Shown: piece by piece, positions 9,224 through 18,857 of the stretch | Numbering within the stretch: position 1 is the first letter of the stretch | Layout: every line of letters begins with the position of its first letter | Origin: Candidatus Saccharimonadota bacterium | GTDB taxonomy: Bacteria; Pseudomonadota; Alphaproteobacteria; Rickettsiales; Anaplasmataceae | DNA: 32,000 bases | Reading direction: 5' to 3' | Assembly (NCBI GenBank): GCA_029715105.1 | Contig: CP085695.1 | Location: 60,001 to 92,000, forward strand | Notes under the pieces: model-generated | Told to the model about the DNA's origin: nothing | Seen by the model: only the letters and a program-made list of their open reading frames with translations | The model's database searches: none | Program-made: the position numbers and the translations under genes

Positions 9224-10175
9224 TGTTAACTTTAAAGTTTATTTTATATCTTTATAAGATTTGTTTTATTTAATTTTATTAAAATACCAAACCGCAAATT
9301 TTTACACATATCTGAGATTTTGTAAATATATAAATTATATGTTGTGATATAGATAAAGTTTGTACAAAATTTTTATAAAAGAGAGATTATAATACATATG
9401 CGACTGTTTGTCAGAATACAACTTACTAATTGTTTATTAATCAAATTAAAAGATGTAGTTTAATTATTTTTAATTTGTCTTATAGTTTAATTTTTTTAAT
9501 TAAAGCATTTTAGATACATAAACTTATACTTGTAAAAGTGTGTTATGGAAAGAATTAATTGAAAATAAGAATAAAATATAAATTTTATTATGATTAAATT
9601 ATTTTATTATTAAATGCACTTCTGTTATTTTGCTTGTACTGTGACTAGATATAAGAGATAACTTTTATAAAACAATTTAATATAACTTTATTTTAAAATA
9701 AATAGTTAATTCTTCTCTTCTTTTTAAGAAGAGGCAGTAGAGCTATAAAGAGAAAATAATACGGCAATAAATTTCCTCATATTATTATCTTTTGTGTAAT
9801 ATAATAGGGTTTATGGAATTGTTGTGTATGTTTTGGCATCAAGGTTTGTTGAGAGAGAATCATGAAAAATTAATTAAATTTTCAAATAAATTAAAATAAA
9901 TAAAGTATTTTTATTATTTCAAATATAATATATTAAATTAGAAATTTAAATAAAGTATATTAATATTTTAGAATAAAATTTGAAGGTATAAAATAATTTA
10001 TTAAGTTTAAGTTTTAGTTACAATTTAAAATTGTTATAGGCGATATATTTCTAGTACTTAATTTATTTGATTAGTTTTAATTTTTAGAAAAAAATTTTCT
10101 TTGTGAGATATATTTTTTATATTTTTTCTTTATAGTTGTCTTAAAAGGGTTTTAGTGTTTAAAATAAAGTTTAGA

Positions 10176-11720
10176 TTAGAATTTTATAAACCTTTTCTCT
10201 AAAATATTAAACTTCTTTGGATTTATACATAATTCTATTAGAAGTTTTGTGACTATAATTGCAGAAAACATTGAACATAAAATTCCTATTGATAAAGTGA
10301 TAGAGAATCCTCTCATTGCTCCTCTGCCAATAGTAAACATTATTCCAGCAGAAATTAATGTGGTGAGATTCGAATCTAGGATCGTTTTTATCGCATTTTT
10401 AAAGCCATCTTCAATAGAACGAATTGTTCTTTTTCCAGATTTCATTTCCTCACGAATTCGTTCAAATATTAGAATATTTGCATCAACCGACATACCAACG
10501 GTCAGTGTGATGCCCGCAATTCCAGGTAGAGTTAGGGTTGCTTCAAGCAAGGTGAGAATTAATAGTATAAAAACTATATTAAAAAGCAATGCAAAAGAAG
10601 TTAGTAATCCTAATTTACCATAAATTATGATTATAAATGATGAGACTATTATAATAGAAATTATAGCTGCTATTTTTCCTGTTTTTATTGATTCTTCTCC
10701 TAAGCTTGGACCTATATTTTTTTCTTCTATTATTTTCAGAGGTGTTAGTAGTGCACCTGACCTTAAAAGTATTACAAGTTCGCTAGCTTGTTTTTCATTA
10801 AAATTACCACTAATTTCTCCCTCTCCATTTGTAATTATTTCACGTATTATTGGTATAGTCAGAACTATATTATCGAGAATAATCGCGAGAGGTTTTCCAA
10901 TATTTTCTTCGGTTATTTTTGCAAATTTTTTACTTGCTATGTTATTAAGTTTAAAATGTACTGTTGGCTTGCCAAGAGAACTAAATCTAACTGATGCATT
11001 AATTAAAGAATCACCGCCTATTTCAGATTTGCGGAAAATTGGATAAGAGTTGCCTATAGAGTCTTTGACTATAATAGTAGTTTTATGGTCTATATCCTGT
11101 ATTTTAACTATATTAGTATTCACTAGGTGAAAAGCTAGTTTAGCTGTTTTACCGAGAAGAGATTTTATTTGTTCTGTATTTTCTATTCCGGGTACTTGAA
11201 TTAAGATTTTATTTTGTCCTTGTTTTTGTATACTTATTTCTTTTGTACCTAGCTTATCTAAGCGTCTTTGAACGTTATTTATTGATTCTAAAACTACTTC
11301 GTTAATTAAAAAGTTCCTGTAATGAGGTTTATATGAAATATAAATTGAAGAATTTTTTTTATTTACTTCTAAATTTGGATTAATCTTATGTATTAAAGTT
11401 GAAACATTCTCATGGTTATCGGTATTATCTAATATAACAATTATTTGTTTATTGTTTTCTTGTATATTAAATTTGATATGTTTCATATATAAGATTTCTT
11501 TTATTTCGTCGATTAGCATGGTCAATTTTCCCTTGAAGTAAGAGTCTAGATCTACTTCTAACAGAAGAGAGGATCCACCTTTTAAGTCGAGTCCTAAGTT
11601 TATCCTTTTTTTTGAAATAAGGAATTTATTTTCAAAGAAGTTTGGCAATATTAGATATAAAGCAAAGAGAAATGTGCATAGTAATGTAATAAACTTTATT
11701 ATGGTAAATCTGTTGTACAT
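10176..11720 (-). CDS. secD: Protein translocase subunit SecD
   Basis: 514 aa. N-terminal TM segment, LGLDLKGGSSLLLEVD, a large periplasmic domain, and a C-terminal 6-TM block with LPGIAGITLTVGMSVDANILIFERIREE. No secF follows. Confidence 0.92.
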   Translation of the reverse strand: MYNRFTIIKFITLLCTFLFALYLILPNFFENKFLISKKRINLGLDLKGGSSLLLEVDLDSYFKGKLTMLIDEIKEILYMKHIKFNIQENNKQIIVILDNTDNHENVSTLIHKINPNLEVNKKNSSIYISYKPHYRNFLINEVVLESINNVQRRLDKLGTKEISIQKQGQNKILIQVPGIENTEQIKSLLGKTAKLAFHLVNTNIVKIQDIDHKTTIIVKDSIGNSYPIFRKSEIGGDSLINASVRFSSLGKPTVHFKLNNIASKKFAKITEENIGKPLAIILDNIVLTIPIIREIITNGEGEISGNFNEKQASELVILLRSGALLTPLKIIEEKNIGPSLGEESIKTGKIAAIISIIIVSSFIIIIYGKLGLLTSFALLFNIVFILLILTLLEATLTLPGIAGITLTVGMSVDANILIFERIREEMKSGKRTIRSIEDGFKNAIKTILDSNLTTLISAGIMFTIGRGAMRGFSITLSIGILCSMFSAIIVTKLLIELCINPKKFNILEKRFIKF

Positions 11721-12058
11721 GGAGTCCTTTTTATAGATTGAAATTACATGTAAATTGTGAATAAACTATGTAAAAACTTTAAAAGCTAAAAAGAAAGGTA
11801 ACAATCTTTTGTTTTACTGTTTCATAGTTCTACTTTTGTAATAGTATTTTAATACTTAAAACATTTAAAAATATCTATTATTTAATTACATGTCTTATTG
11901 TATTTATATTGTGTGATGAGATCATTTTATATAGTTTTATAGCTTTATTATTTAAAATTTATTTTATAATAAAGCTTATATCTTATAAAGATAAATTTTT
12001 ATAAATAAAAGCAAAAATAATATAGCAAAGAGTAATTTTATTGTTTTTTAACATAAGG

Positions 12059-12131
12059 CTGGGGTAGAAGGATTCGAACCTCCGTGATGGCGGTATCAAA
12101 AACCGCTGCCTTACCGCTTGGCTATACCCCA
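12059..12131 (-). tRNA. tRNA-Gln: tRNA-Gln (anticodon UUG)
   Basis: Hand fold of the minus strand. Acceptor TGGGGTA/TACCCCA (a U1-A72 pair, as in E. coli tRNA-Gln). D arm GCCA-AGCGGTA-AGGC. Anticodon stem GCGGT/ACCGC with loop TTTTGAT (UUG). T arm GGAGG-TTCGAAT-CCTTC. Discriminator G. CCA is not fully encoded (genomic CCT). My fold leaves a 6-nt variable region (CATCAC), which should be confirmed with tRNAscan-SE. Confidence 0.9.
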
Positions 12132-12469
12132 TCATATTTTGCTTTTATACACTCTGATAGCACATTATTAACCCAATCAATAAAAGACTTATTTGCTTTT
12201 TTTATAGGTATTACCATAATGGAAGGTTGATTGTAAGAATGCATTGCTTCTATTTTTTTTAAAGTTTTATCAATATGGTCATTTCTGCTTTTCATAATTG
12301 CTACTGTTTCACGACTATTATTGACTCTATCCATCCATAAATAAAGGGAATTTACCTCCGGAAATATGTTCACACAAGCAACTAATTTTTCTTTTAATAA
12401 TTCTTCAGAAATAGTTTTGGCTTCTTTTAAATTTGCAAAAACCGTATAAATTATAACTAGACGATTCAT
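12122..12469 (-). CDS. cutA: Divalent-cation tolerance protein CutA
   Basis: 115 aa. VIIYTVFANLKEAKTISEELLKEKLVACVNIFPEVNSLYLW...ETVAIMKS...HSYNQPSIMVIPI is colinear with the CutA1 family. The last 10 nt, including the TAG stop, overlap the tRNA-Gln 5' end. Confidence 0.85.
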   Translation of the reverse strand: MNRLVIIYTVFANLKEAKTISEELLKEKLVACVNIFPEVNSLYLWMDRVNNSRETVAIMKSRNDHIDKTLKKIEAMHSYNQPSIMVIPIKKANKSFIDWVNNVLSECIKAKYDGV

Positions 12470-13026
12470 CGAATGCTAGAGTTTGTATATATCATATAGA
12501 TTTTATATTAAATAGATTTATTCATCAAGAGAAAATAAAAGGACATTATTTGGGGGGGATTTATTATATAATTTGGTCTTTTGAAAAAAACTGATAATAG
12601 TTTCACTATTTAGTGAGAAAAGTTTTTCTTAGAAATAAATCCAGTTAAATTTTTGTAAGAGAGGAATATAATATATACGGGAGTGTAGAGGGGTTTTATT
12701 TAGTTTTGTGGATCTACATATGGAATATGGAAGATTTACAGATGATGGTTTATATAAAAATTTTTATTTATTATTATTGTAGGGTCATTTTTAGATTTTA
12801 TCAGGTTTTAGTTTGGTTTTCGAGTTGTCTATTTTTATCTTAAATAATTAAACAATAAGAGAAACGATGATGCATACGAAGACTTTTTAAGTTTAGAAGT
12901 GACATTATGTTAATTTTATAATACATATCTATGAGAGTTTATTTCTTGATTATCAATGATAAAATGACCTTGCATTCTCCTGTTAAAGAAGTAATAATAA
13001 CGTTGTGCTGTAATCATATTTGCTTT

Positions 13027-14061
13027 ATGTTCGATGAGAATGACCCTTGGAATTTTGAAAAAAAACCAGTAAGGAATAAGAATTCTAGTAATGAAGATAT
13101 CCTCAATAAAGTTATGTCTGAAATAAGAAATATTTTTAGCGTTTTAAAAAAAAATAGCGGTAAAAAGTTTTACTTGGTTGTTTTTGTTGTTTTGTTTTTT
13201 TATGCTTGCACTGGTTTTTATATTATTTATCCCAGTGAGGAAGGTATAGAACTTGTTTTTGGTAAGTATTTTAGTACTGAAGTACCTGGTTTACGGTACC
13301 ATTTTCCCTATCCTATAGGTAAAGTTTTTAAAGTGAATGTGAAAGAGATAAATCGTGAAGAAATTGGAATAAGTGGATCTTCCGGAAGAGATACAGATCG
13401 AGGTGAAGGTGTTATGCTTACTGGAGATGAAAATATAGTTAATGTAAATTTTGAGGTTCAATGGCGTGTTAGAGATGCTAAAGATTATTTATTTAAAGTT
13501 AGGGATTACGCATCTGGCTCTAGTGTTAGAAATGCTGCAGAAAGTGCTATGAGGGAAATAATAGGTAAAAATACGATTTCTTTTGCACTTGGTCAGGGAA
13601 GACAAGAAATTCCTATGGATACTAGAGTTTTATTGCAGCAGATTCTTGATGGATATCAGATGGGCATAGAAATTTTGTCTATTCAAATGAAAAAGATTGA
13701 TCCACCCGAAAAGGTAATTAGTTCATTTAGAGATGTGCAGAGCGCTCGTGCTGATAAGGAGCGTATCATAAATGAAGCGTATGCTTATAGTAATGATATT
13801 ATACCTAAAGCGAAAGGTGAAGCTATTAAGATAAAGTTAGATGCAGAGGCGTATGAGAATGAAGTAATAAATGAGGCAAAAGGTGACGCGAATCGTTTTC
13901 TGTCACTTTATGAAGAGTACAAGCAGAGTCCTTCTTTGGTTAAGAACCGTATTTATCTTGAAACTATGGAAGATATTTTTAGTAAAGTAGATAAGTTTGT
14001 TGTAACTGATGATTTAAAGGGTGTGTTTTCTTATTTACCTATTAAAAGTTTTGAGAAATAA
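13027..14061 (+). CDS. hflK: HflK (SPFH/band-7 modulator of FtsH)
   Basis: TM segment followed by an SPFH domain (GIELVFGKY...PGLRYHFPYPIGKV...MLTGDENIVNVNFEVQWRV), then a coiled C-terminus. The ORF is open from ATG 12931. I prefer ATG 13027 (MFDENDPWN...) because the 32 extra residues look non-HflK-like. Confidence 0.85.
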   Translation: MFDENDPWNFEKKPVRNKNSSNEDILNKVMSEIRNIFSVLKKNSGKKFYLVVFVVLFFYACTGFYIIYPSEEGIELVFGKYFSTEVPGLRYHFPYPIGKVFKVNVKEINREEIGISGSSGRDTDRGEGVMLTGDENIVNVNFEVQWRVRDAKDYLFKVRDYASGSSVRNAAESAMREIIGKNTISFALGQGRQEIPMDTRVLLQQILDGYQMGIEILSIQMKKIDPPEKVISSFRDVQSARADKERIINEAYAYSNDIIPKAKGEAIKIKLDAEAYENEVINEAKGDANRFLSLYEEYKQSPSLVKNRIYLETMEDIFSKVDKFVVTDDLKGVFSYLPIKSFEK

Positions 14062-14066
14062 GTTTT

Positions 14067-14939
14067 ATGCGAATTGATATCAGGATAATTTTTGTTTTTA
14101 TATGTATTATTGTGTTAATTGTTTTATTTAATTCAATGTTTGTGGTGCAAGAGGCTAAGCAAGCGATTGTTATACAATTAGGCAGAGTGGTAAGAGATGT
14201 TAGGGAGAGTGGTTTATATTTAAAATTTCCTTTTATAAGTAATATAGAGTTTTTTGATAAGAGAGTTTTGGATTTAAGTCTTGATAAAGCTCCGAGAGAA
14301 GTGATAACTGCGGATCAAAAACGCATTATAGTTGATGCGTATGCAAAATATAAAATAGTAGAACCTATTATTTTTTACCAATCTGTGAGAAGCGAATCAG
14401 GATTAATAAGGAGGTTACATCCAATTATAGAAGCTCATATAAGAGAGAATATAGTTAAATTTTCGTTAATTAATTTGTTGAATGAAAAAAGGTCAGAGGT
14501 TATGCAATTAATTCAGCGTGGAGTTTATTATGAAGCTAAAAAATTTGGTATAGAAATAATAGATGTAAGAATTAAAAGAGCAGACTTACCAGAAGAAAAT
14601 AGCTCTGCGATATTTCTTCGTATGCAAACTGAAAGAGCAAAAGAAGCAAAGGAAATAAGAGCAGAAGGCGAACAATCTGCTCAAGAAATTAAATCAAAAG
14701 CTGATAAACAAAAAAGGCAAATTATTGCTAACGCTATAAGAGAGGCATATGAAATAAGAGGACGTGGCTATGCTAAAGCAACAAAAATTTACAATGAAGC
14801 GTTTAAAATTGATGAAGAATTTTTTAATTTTTATCGTTCTATGAGAGCTTACTGTAAATCATTTACTGAAAAAAATACTAGGTTTGTACTTTCATCAAAT
14901 AGTAATTTTTTAGATATTTTGAATAAGGGATGGAAATAG
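14067..14939 (+). CDS. hflC: HflC (SPFH/band-7 modulator of FtsH)
   Basis: 290 aa. N-terminal TM segment and an SPFH domain (VVQEAKQAIVIQLGRV...GLYLKFPFI...ITADQKRIIVDAYAKYKI), then a charged coiled region. Lies 5 nt after hflK. Confidence 0.87.
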   Translation: MRIDIRIIFVFICIIVLIVLFNSMFVVQEAKQAIVIQLGRVVRDVRESGLYLKFPFISNIEFFDKRVLDLSLDKAPREVITADQKRIIVDAYAKYKIVEPIIFYQSVRSESGLIRRLHPIIEAHIRENIVKFSLINLLNEKRSEVMQLIQRGVYYEAKKFGIEIIDVRIKRADLPEENSSAIFLRMQTERAKEAKEIRAEGEQSAQEIKSKADKQKRQIIANAIREAYEIRGRGYAKATKIYNEAFKIDEEFFNFYRSMRAYCKSFTEKNTRFVLSSNSNFLDILNKGWK

Positions 14940-14942
14940 TTT

Positions 14943-16448
14943 ATGAAAAGTAGGATTTTGTATATATTTGTTTGTTTTTTAATTTCATCTTCGATGTGCG
15001 CTAGTTTATTTAATTATAATAGCATGAAGATGGCATCAGATGGTGAGAGTTTTGCATCATGTACTTGTTGCAATCAAGAACTTGCTGATTTGGTAGAAAA
15101 ACTTATTCCTGCAGTTGTAAATATTTCTAGTGAACAAATTCTTAAGCAAGAAAGTAATGGTAGAGCTAGGATTCCTTTTGCTCCAAGAAATAATTTTTTT
15201 GATGATTTTAGAGAATTTTTTGAAAATTTTGATCAGTTTTTTATGAACAGAGGTCCAAGCTACAATAAAGAAATAGTGCTACTTGGATCTGGGTTTATTA
15301 TAGATAAAAATGGAATTATTGTGACTAATTATCATGTTATTAAAAATGCTCAAGATATTACTGTTACTATGAATGATAATACTTATTTTAAAGCAGAAGT
15401 TTTAGGTTTTGATACAAAAACTGATCTGGCTGTACTTCAGATTAAAGCTGATAGAGAGCTTTCTTTTGTAGCATTTGGTGATTCTGATAAAGCAAGGGTC
15501 GGTGATACAGTTATGGCAATAGGTAATCCGTTCGGATTAGGCGGTTCTGTCAGTACAGGAATTATATCTGCAAGATCTAGAGATATTAGCATTGGTACTA
15601 TGAATGAATTTATTCAGACTGATGCTGCAATTAATAGAGGTAATTCTGGAGGACCTTTATTTAATTTAAATGGAAGAGTTATAGGTATTAATACTGCTAT
15701 TTATTCTCCGTCTGAATCCGGTGGTAATGTTGGTATAGGTTTTGCTATACCATCTAATTTAGCCATATCAATCATTGATGTTCTGAAAAGTGGCAAAAGA
15801 ATAAAGCATGGTTGGCTTGGTGTACAGGTTCAACCTATAACAAGAGAATTTGCTGAATCTTTGGGTTTAAGGGATACAAAGGGCGCATTAGTTGCAGATG
15901 TAGTGAAGAAAAGTCCAGCAGAGAGGGGTGGTATTAAAGTAGGTGATATATTGATAGAATTTGATGGTAAAAAAATTGAAAGAATGACGCAATTGCCTCA
16001 AATGGTTTCAAGGTCTGAGCCTGGAAAAAAAGTACAAATTAAACTATTAAGAAATAGCAAAGAGGTTAATGTCAAAGTTATTATTCAAGAGTCTATAAGT
16101 GATAATAAGGGTGATACTCGAGGAGGTAGTGAATCAACATCTGACTATATAACTGGTTTAACTGTTTCAGATTTACCGCAAGAGTTAAAAGAAAGCAAAA
16201 ATGATATACCCATAAAAGGTGTGATAGTTATTAATGTAGACATTAATAGAAATGTAACATTGCGCGGCATTAAAAAGGGGGATATTATTATGCAAATAAA
16301 TGGAACATATATAGAGAATGTTGAGAGTTTTCAAAATCAAATAAATCTGGTAAAAGAAAAAGACAAGGAAAGAGCAATAATGATGCTTGTTTATCGTAAT
16401 GGGAATCAGTTTTTTACTTCAATAAAATTGAAAAAGGTAATTTCTTGA
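14943..16448 (+). CDS. htrA: Periplasmic serine endoprotease HtrA/DegP family (two PDZ domains)
   Basis: 501 aa with a signal peptide. Catalytic triad contexts TNYHV, TDLAVLQI and GNSGGPLFN. Two PDZ-like segments (GWLGVQVQPI...GDILIEFDG and GVIVINVD...GDIIMQING). Confidence 0.93.
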   Translation: MKSRILYIFVCFLISSSMCASLFNYNSMKMASDGESFASCTCCNQELADLVEKLIPAVVNISSEQILKQESNGRARIPFAPRNNFFDDFREFFENFDQFFMNRGPSYNKEIVLLGSGFIIDKNGIIVTNYHVIKNAQDITVTMNDNTYFKAEVLGFDTKTDLAVLQIKADRELSFVAFGDSDKARVGDTVMAIGNPFGLGGSVSTGIISARSRDISIGTMNEFIQTDAAINRGNSGGPLFNLNGRVIGINTAIYSPSESGGNVGIGFAIPSNLAISIIDVLKSGKRIKHGWLGVQVQPITREFAESLGLRDTKGALVADVVKKSPAERGGIKVGDILIEFDGKKIERMTQLPQMVSRSEPGKKVQIKLLRNSKEVNVKVIIQESISDNKGDTRGGSESTSDYITGLTVSDLPQELKESKNDIPIKGVIVINVDINRNVTLRGIKKGDIIMQINGTYIENVESFQNQINLVKEKDKERAIMMLVYRNGNQFFTSIKLKKVIS

Positions 16449-16775
16449 ATTTATCTCTCGAGATATAAAGTTGTTTTATAATATTTTTATATTAAGTTAA
16501 TTTTCTGTTGTTTTACATTCTAGAATAGTTTTGGTGAAGTGTTTTTTAATTGATCATTAGAAGGAGAAGGGGTTTATTTTATTAGAGATAATGTGGAATT
16601 TTTGATAAAGTAGATCCTATATTTGAAGATTAAATTTTAAAAGCAAAGAACAAAAAGAAGAAAAGAGAGGGTGCGAACCCGGAGAGGGTGGGGGGTTATG
16701 TATTTTTTTATTTCTCTTCCCCCAACGAATTCTTTGGCTGTTTGATTTATACTTTCACTTCTTGCTTTTTATAAG

Positions 16776-16800
16776 TTCCCCATAAATTAAAAGGGGGGAA
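16776..16800. terminator. Possible bidirectional hairpin between the convergent htrA and hslU genes
   Basis: TTCCCC (16776-16781) pairs with GGGGAA (16795-16800) around a 13-nt A/T-rich loop, and the hairpin begins 8 nt past the hslU stop. There is no clean U-tract on either strand, so terminator function is uncertain. Confidence 0.25.
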
Positions 16801-16807
16801 AATTTAA

Positions 16808-18298
16808 TTAAAGTATAAACTTAGACAAATCCAGTTGCTTCGAAACTGATTCAAGTTTATTCTTTACGTAGTTGCCATCTATAATAAATTTTTCGCCTCT
16901 TTTTTCAGAAGCAATAAAACTTATTTCATCTAAGAGTTTTTCCATAATTGTATGAAGTCTTCTTGCACCTATGTTTTCTACTTGCGTATTAACTGTAAAT
17001 GCTATATCAGCTATAGTTTCGATGCCATCATCAGTGAATTCGATTATTACACTTTCTGTTTTCATTAAGGCTATGTATTGCTTTAATAAACTAGATTCAG
17101 GTTCTTTTAATATTCTTATTAAGTCTTCTTGAGTAAGGGCTTTAAGTTCTACTCTAATAGGTAGTCTACCTTGTAGCTCTGGTAAAAGATCAGATGGTTT
17201 AGATAAGTGAAAAGCACCAGATGCAATGAACAATATATGATCTGTTTTTATATGACCATATTTAGTTGAAACAGTTGTTCCTTCAAGAAGTGGTAATAAG
17301 TCACGTTGTACTCCCTCTCTATTTACTTCACCTTTTACTTCTGTACGTGCGGCAATTTTGTCTATTTCATCTAAAAACACTATACCTTCATTACTGACAA
17401 GATCAATTGCTTCTTTAATTATTTTATCTTCATCTATTAATTTTTCACTTTCTTCATTAATTAATATTTCTCTTGCTTCTTTCACTTTAACTGTAATAGT
17501 TTTTGTTTTTTTTCCACCATTGAACATTTTACCAACTAGCTCTGTAACATTTACTACTCCAACTTGTCCTCCTCCAGGTATACCTGGTATATCAAAAGTT
17601 GGTAACATATTTTTGCTTTCTCTAATGTTAATAGAGACTTCTCCATCTTCAAATTCTTTATTTTTTAATTTTTCTCTAAAAACTCTTTTACTTTCTTCTG
17701 TTGCATTTTCGCCAACCATGGAATTTACTATTATTCCTTCAGCTAGACTAAGGGCTTTTTTAGCAAGAGCCTTGCGAGCTTTTTCCTTAACTAAAACTAT
17801 TGCTGCATCGACTAGATCACGTATTATTGAATCAACATCGCGCCCAACATATCCTATTTCGGTGAATTTTGTTGCTTCTACTTTTATGAACGGCGCTCCA
17901 GCAAGTTTTGCTAAGCGACGGGCTATTTCTGTTTTTCCAACACCTGTGTGACCAATCATTAGTATGTTTTTAGGTATAATTTCATCACGTAAAGGAGGGG
18001 GAACTCTATTACGACGCCAACGATTCCTGAGCGCAATAGCGACAGCACGTTTTGCGTCGTTTTGTCCAATTATAAATCTATCTAATTCTTTAACTATTTT
18101 TTGCGGAGGTAGATCATCCAATAATATTTTATCATTAATTTGGAAGTTATTATTTGGATTGCAGTTACTTTTAGGATTTTGATGTAGATCACTTTTTTTG
18201 TTGGGATCGTTACTATCACTATAAAACTGTTTTTCCAAAGATATTTTAATTTGTTTAAAGAAATTAGTTGTGTATATTTTTTTTTGTTTAGAAGACAT
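16808..18298 (-). CDS. hslU: ATP-dependent protease ATPase subunit HslU
   Basis: 496 aa. [29 protein letters not shown], Walker [16 protein letters not shown], Walker [12 protein letters not shown], and [15 protein letters not shown]. The ATG lies 1 nt after the hslV stop. About 60 residues of low-complexity sequence precede the conserved core. Confidence 0.96.
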   Translation of the reverse strand: MSSKQKKIYTTNFFKQIKISLEKQFYSDSNDPNKKSDLHQNPKSNCNPNNNFQINDKILLDDLPPQKIVKELDRFIIGQNDAKRAVAIALRNRWRRNRVPPPLRDEIIPKNILMIGHTGVGKTEIARRLAKLAGAPFIKVEATKFTEIGYVGRDVDSIIRDLVDAAIVLVKEKARKALAKKALSLAEGIIVNSMVGENATEESKRVFREKLKNKEFEDGEVSINIRESKNMLPTFDIPGIPGGGQVGVVNVTELVGKMFNGGKKTKTITVKVKEAREILINEESEKLIDEDKIIKEAIDLVSNEGIVFLDEIDKIAARTEVKGEVNREGVQRDLLPLLEGTTVSTKYGHIKTDHILFIASGAFHLSKPSDLLPELQGRLPIRVELKALTQEDLIRILKEPESSLLKQYIALMKTESVIIEFTDDGIETIADIAFTVNTQVENIGARRLHTIMEKLLDEISFIASEKRGEKFIIDGNYVKNKLESVSKQLDLSKFIL

Positions 18299-18299
18299 G

Positions 18300-18857
18300 T
18301 TACCCCTCTATTTTTTCAATAATTACATTATGGTTTGTGTAAACACATATATCAGATGCTATTTTCATAGCTTTTTTTGCAATTTCTTCTATTGATATTC
18401 CATTTTTTATATCAATTAAAGCTCTTGCAGCAGATAGAGCAAAATTTCCTCCGGAACCAATAGCTATGATCCCATCTTCCGGTTCAAGAACATCGCCTGT
18501 TCCCGTGACTACTAACGAAATAGATTTGTCTGCAACTATCATCATAGCTTCTAATTTTCTTAAGTATTTATCCATCCTCCAATCTTTTGCAAGTTCAACA
18601 CATGCTCTCATTAATTGTCCAGGATGTCTATCAAGTTTAGATTCCAATCTCTCAAAGAGAGTAAATGCATCAGCTGTTGCACCTGCGAAACCCGCAATTA
18701 CAGAATCACCAGAAAGGCGCCTAACTTTTTTTGCTTCAGATTTTATGATAGTATGACCTAGTGAAACTTGGCCATCACCTATTACTATCACACTTTTATC
18801 CCTTCTAATTGAAAGTATCGTGGTTCCATATATTTTGCTATTATTATGTTTAATCAT
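18300..18857 (-). CDS. hslV: ATP-dependent protease subunit HslV
   Basis: 185 aa. [41 protein letters not shown] and [14 protein letters not shown]. The catalytic Thr is residue 12. Confidence 0.96.
   Translation of the reverse strand: MIKHNNSKIYGTTILSIRRDKSVIVIGDGQVSLGHTIIKSEAKKVRRLSGDSVIAGFAGATADAFTLFERLESKLDRHPGQLMRACVELAKDWRMDKYLRKLEAMMIVADKSISLVVTGTGDVLEPEDGIIAIGSGGNFALSAARALIDIKNGISIEEIAKKAMKIASDICVYTNHNVIIEKIEG

Noticed and set aside
9890-9975. Approximate direct repeat AAATAAAGTAT(N)TT... occurring twice about 50 bp apart in the secD-pyrE gap
   Set aside because: It is imperfect (about 16 of 22 positions) and made purely of A/T, so it is indistinguishable from low-complexity background. 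I found no true tandem repeat arrays anywhere in the window.
12931-13026. 32-codon upstream extension of hflK (MRVYFLIINDKMTLHSPVKEVIITLCCNHICF)
   Set aside because: It does not resemble an HflK N-terminus. The internal MFDENDPWN start resembles the HflK N-termini I recall. It is kept only as an alternative start.
16669-16680. tRNA T-arm-like motif GGGTGCGAACCC suggesting a tRNA or tmRNA fragment
   Set aside because: Only 5 of 7 loop positions match TTCGAAT, and no acceptor, D or anticodon arms can be folded around it. That is insufficient for any RNA gene call.
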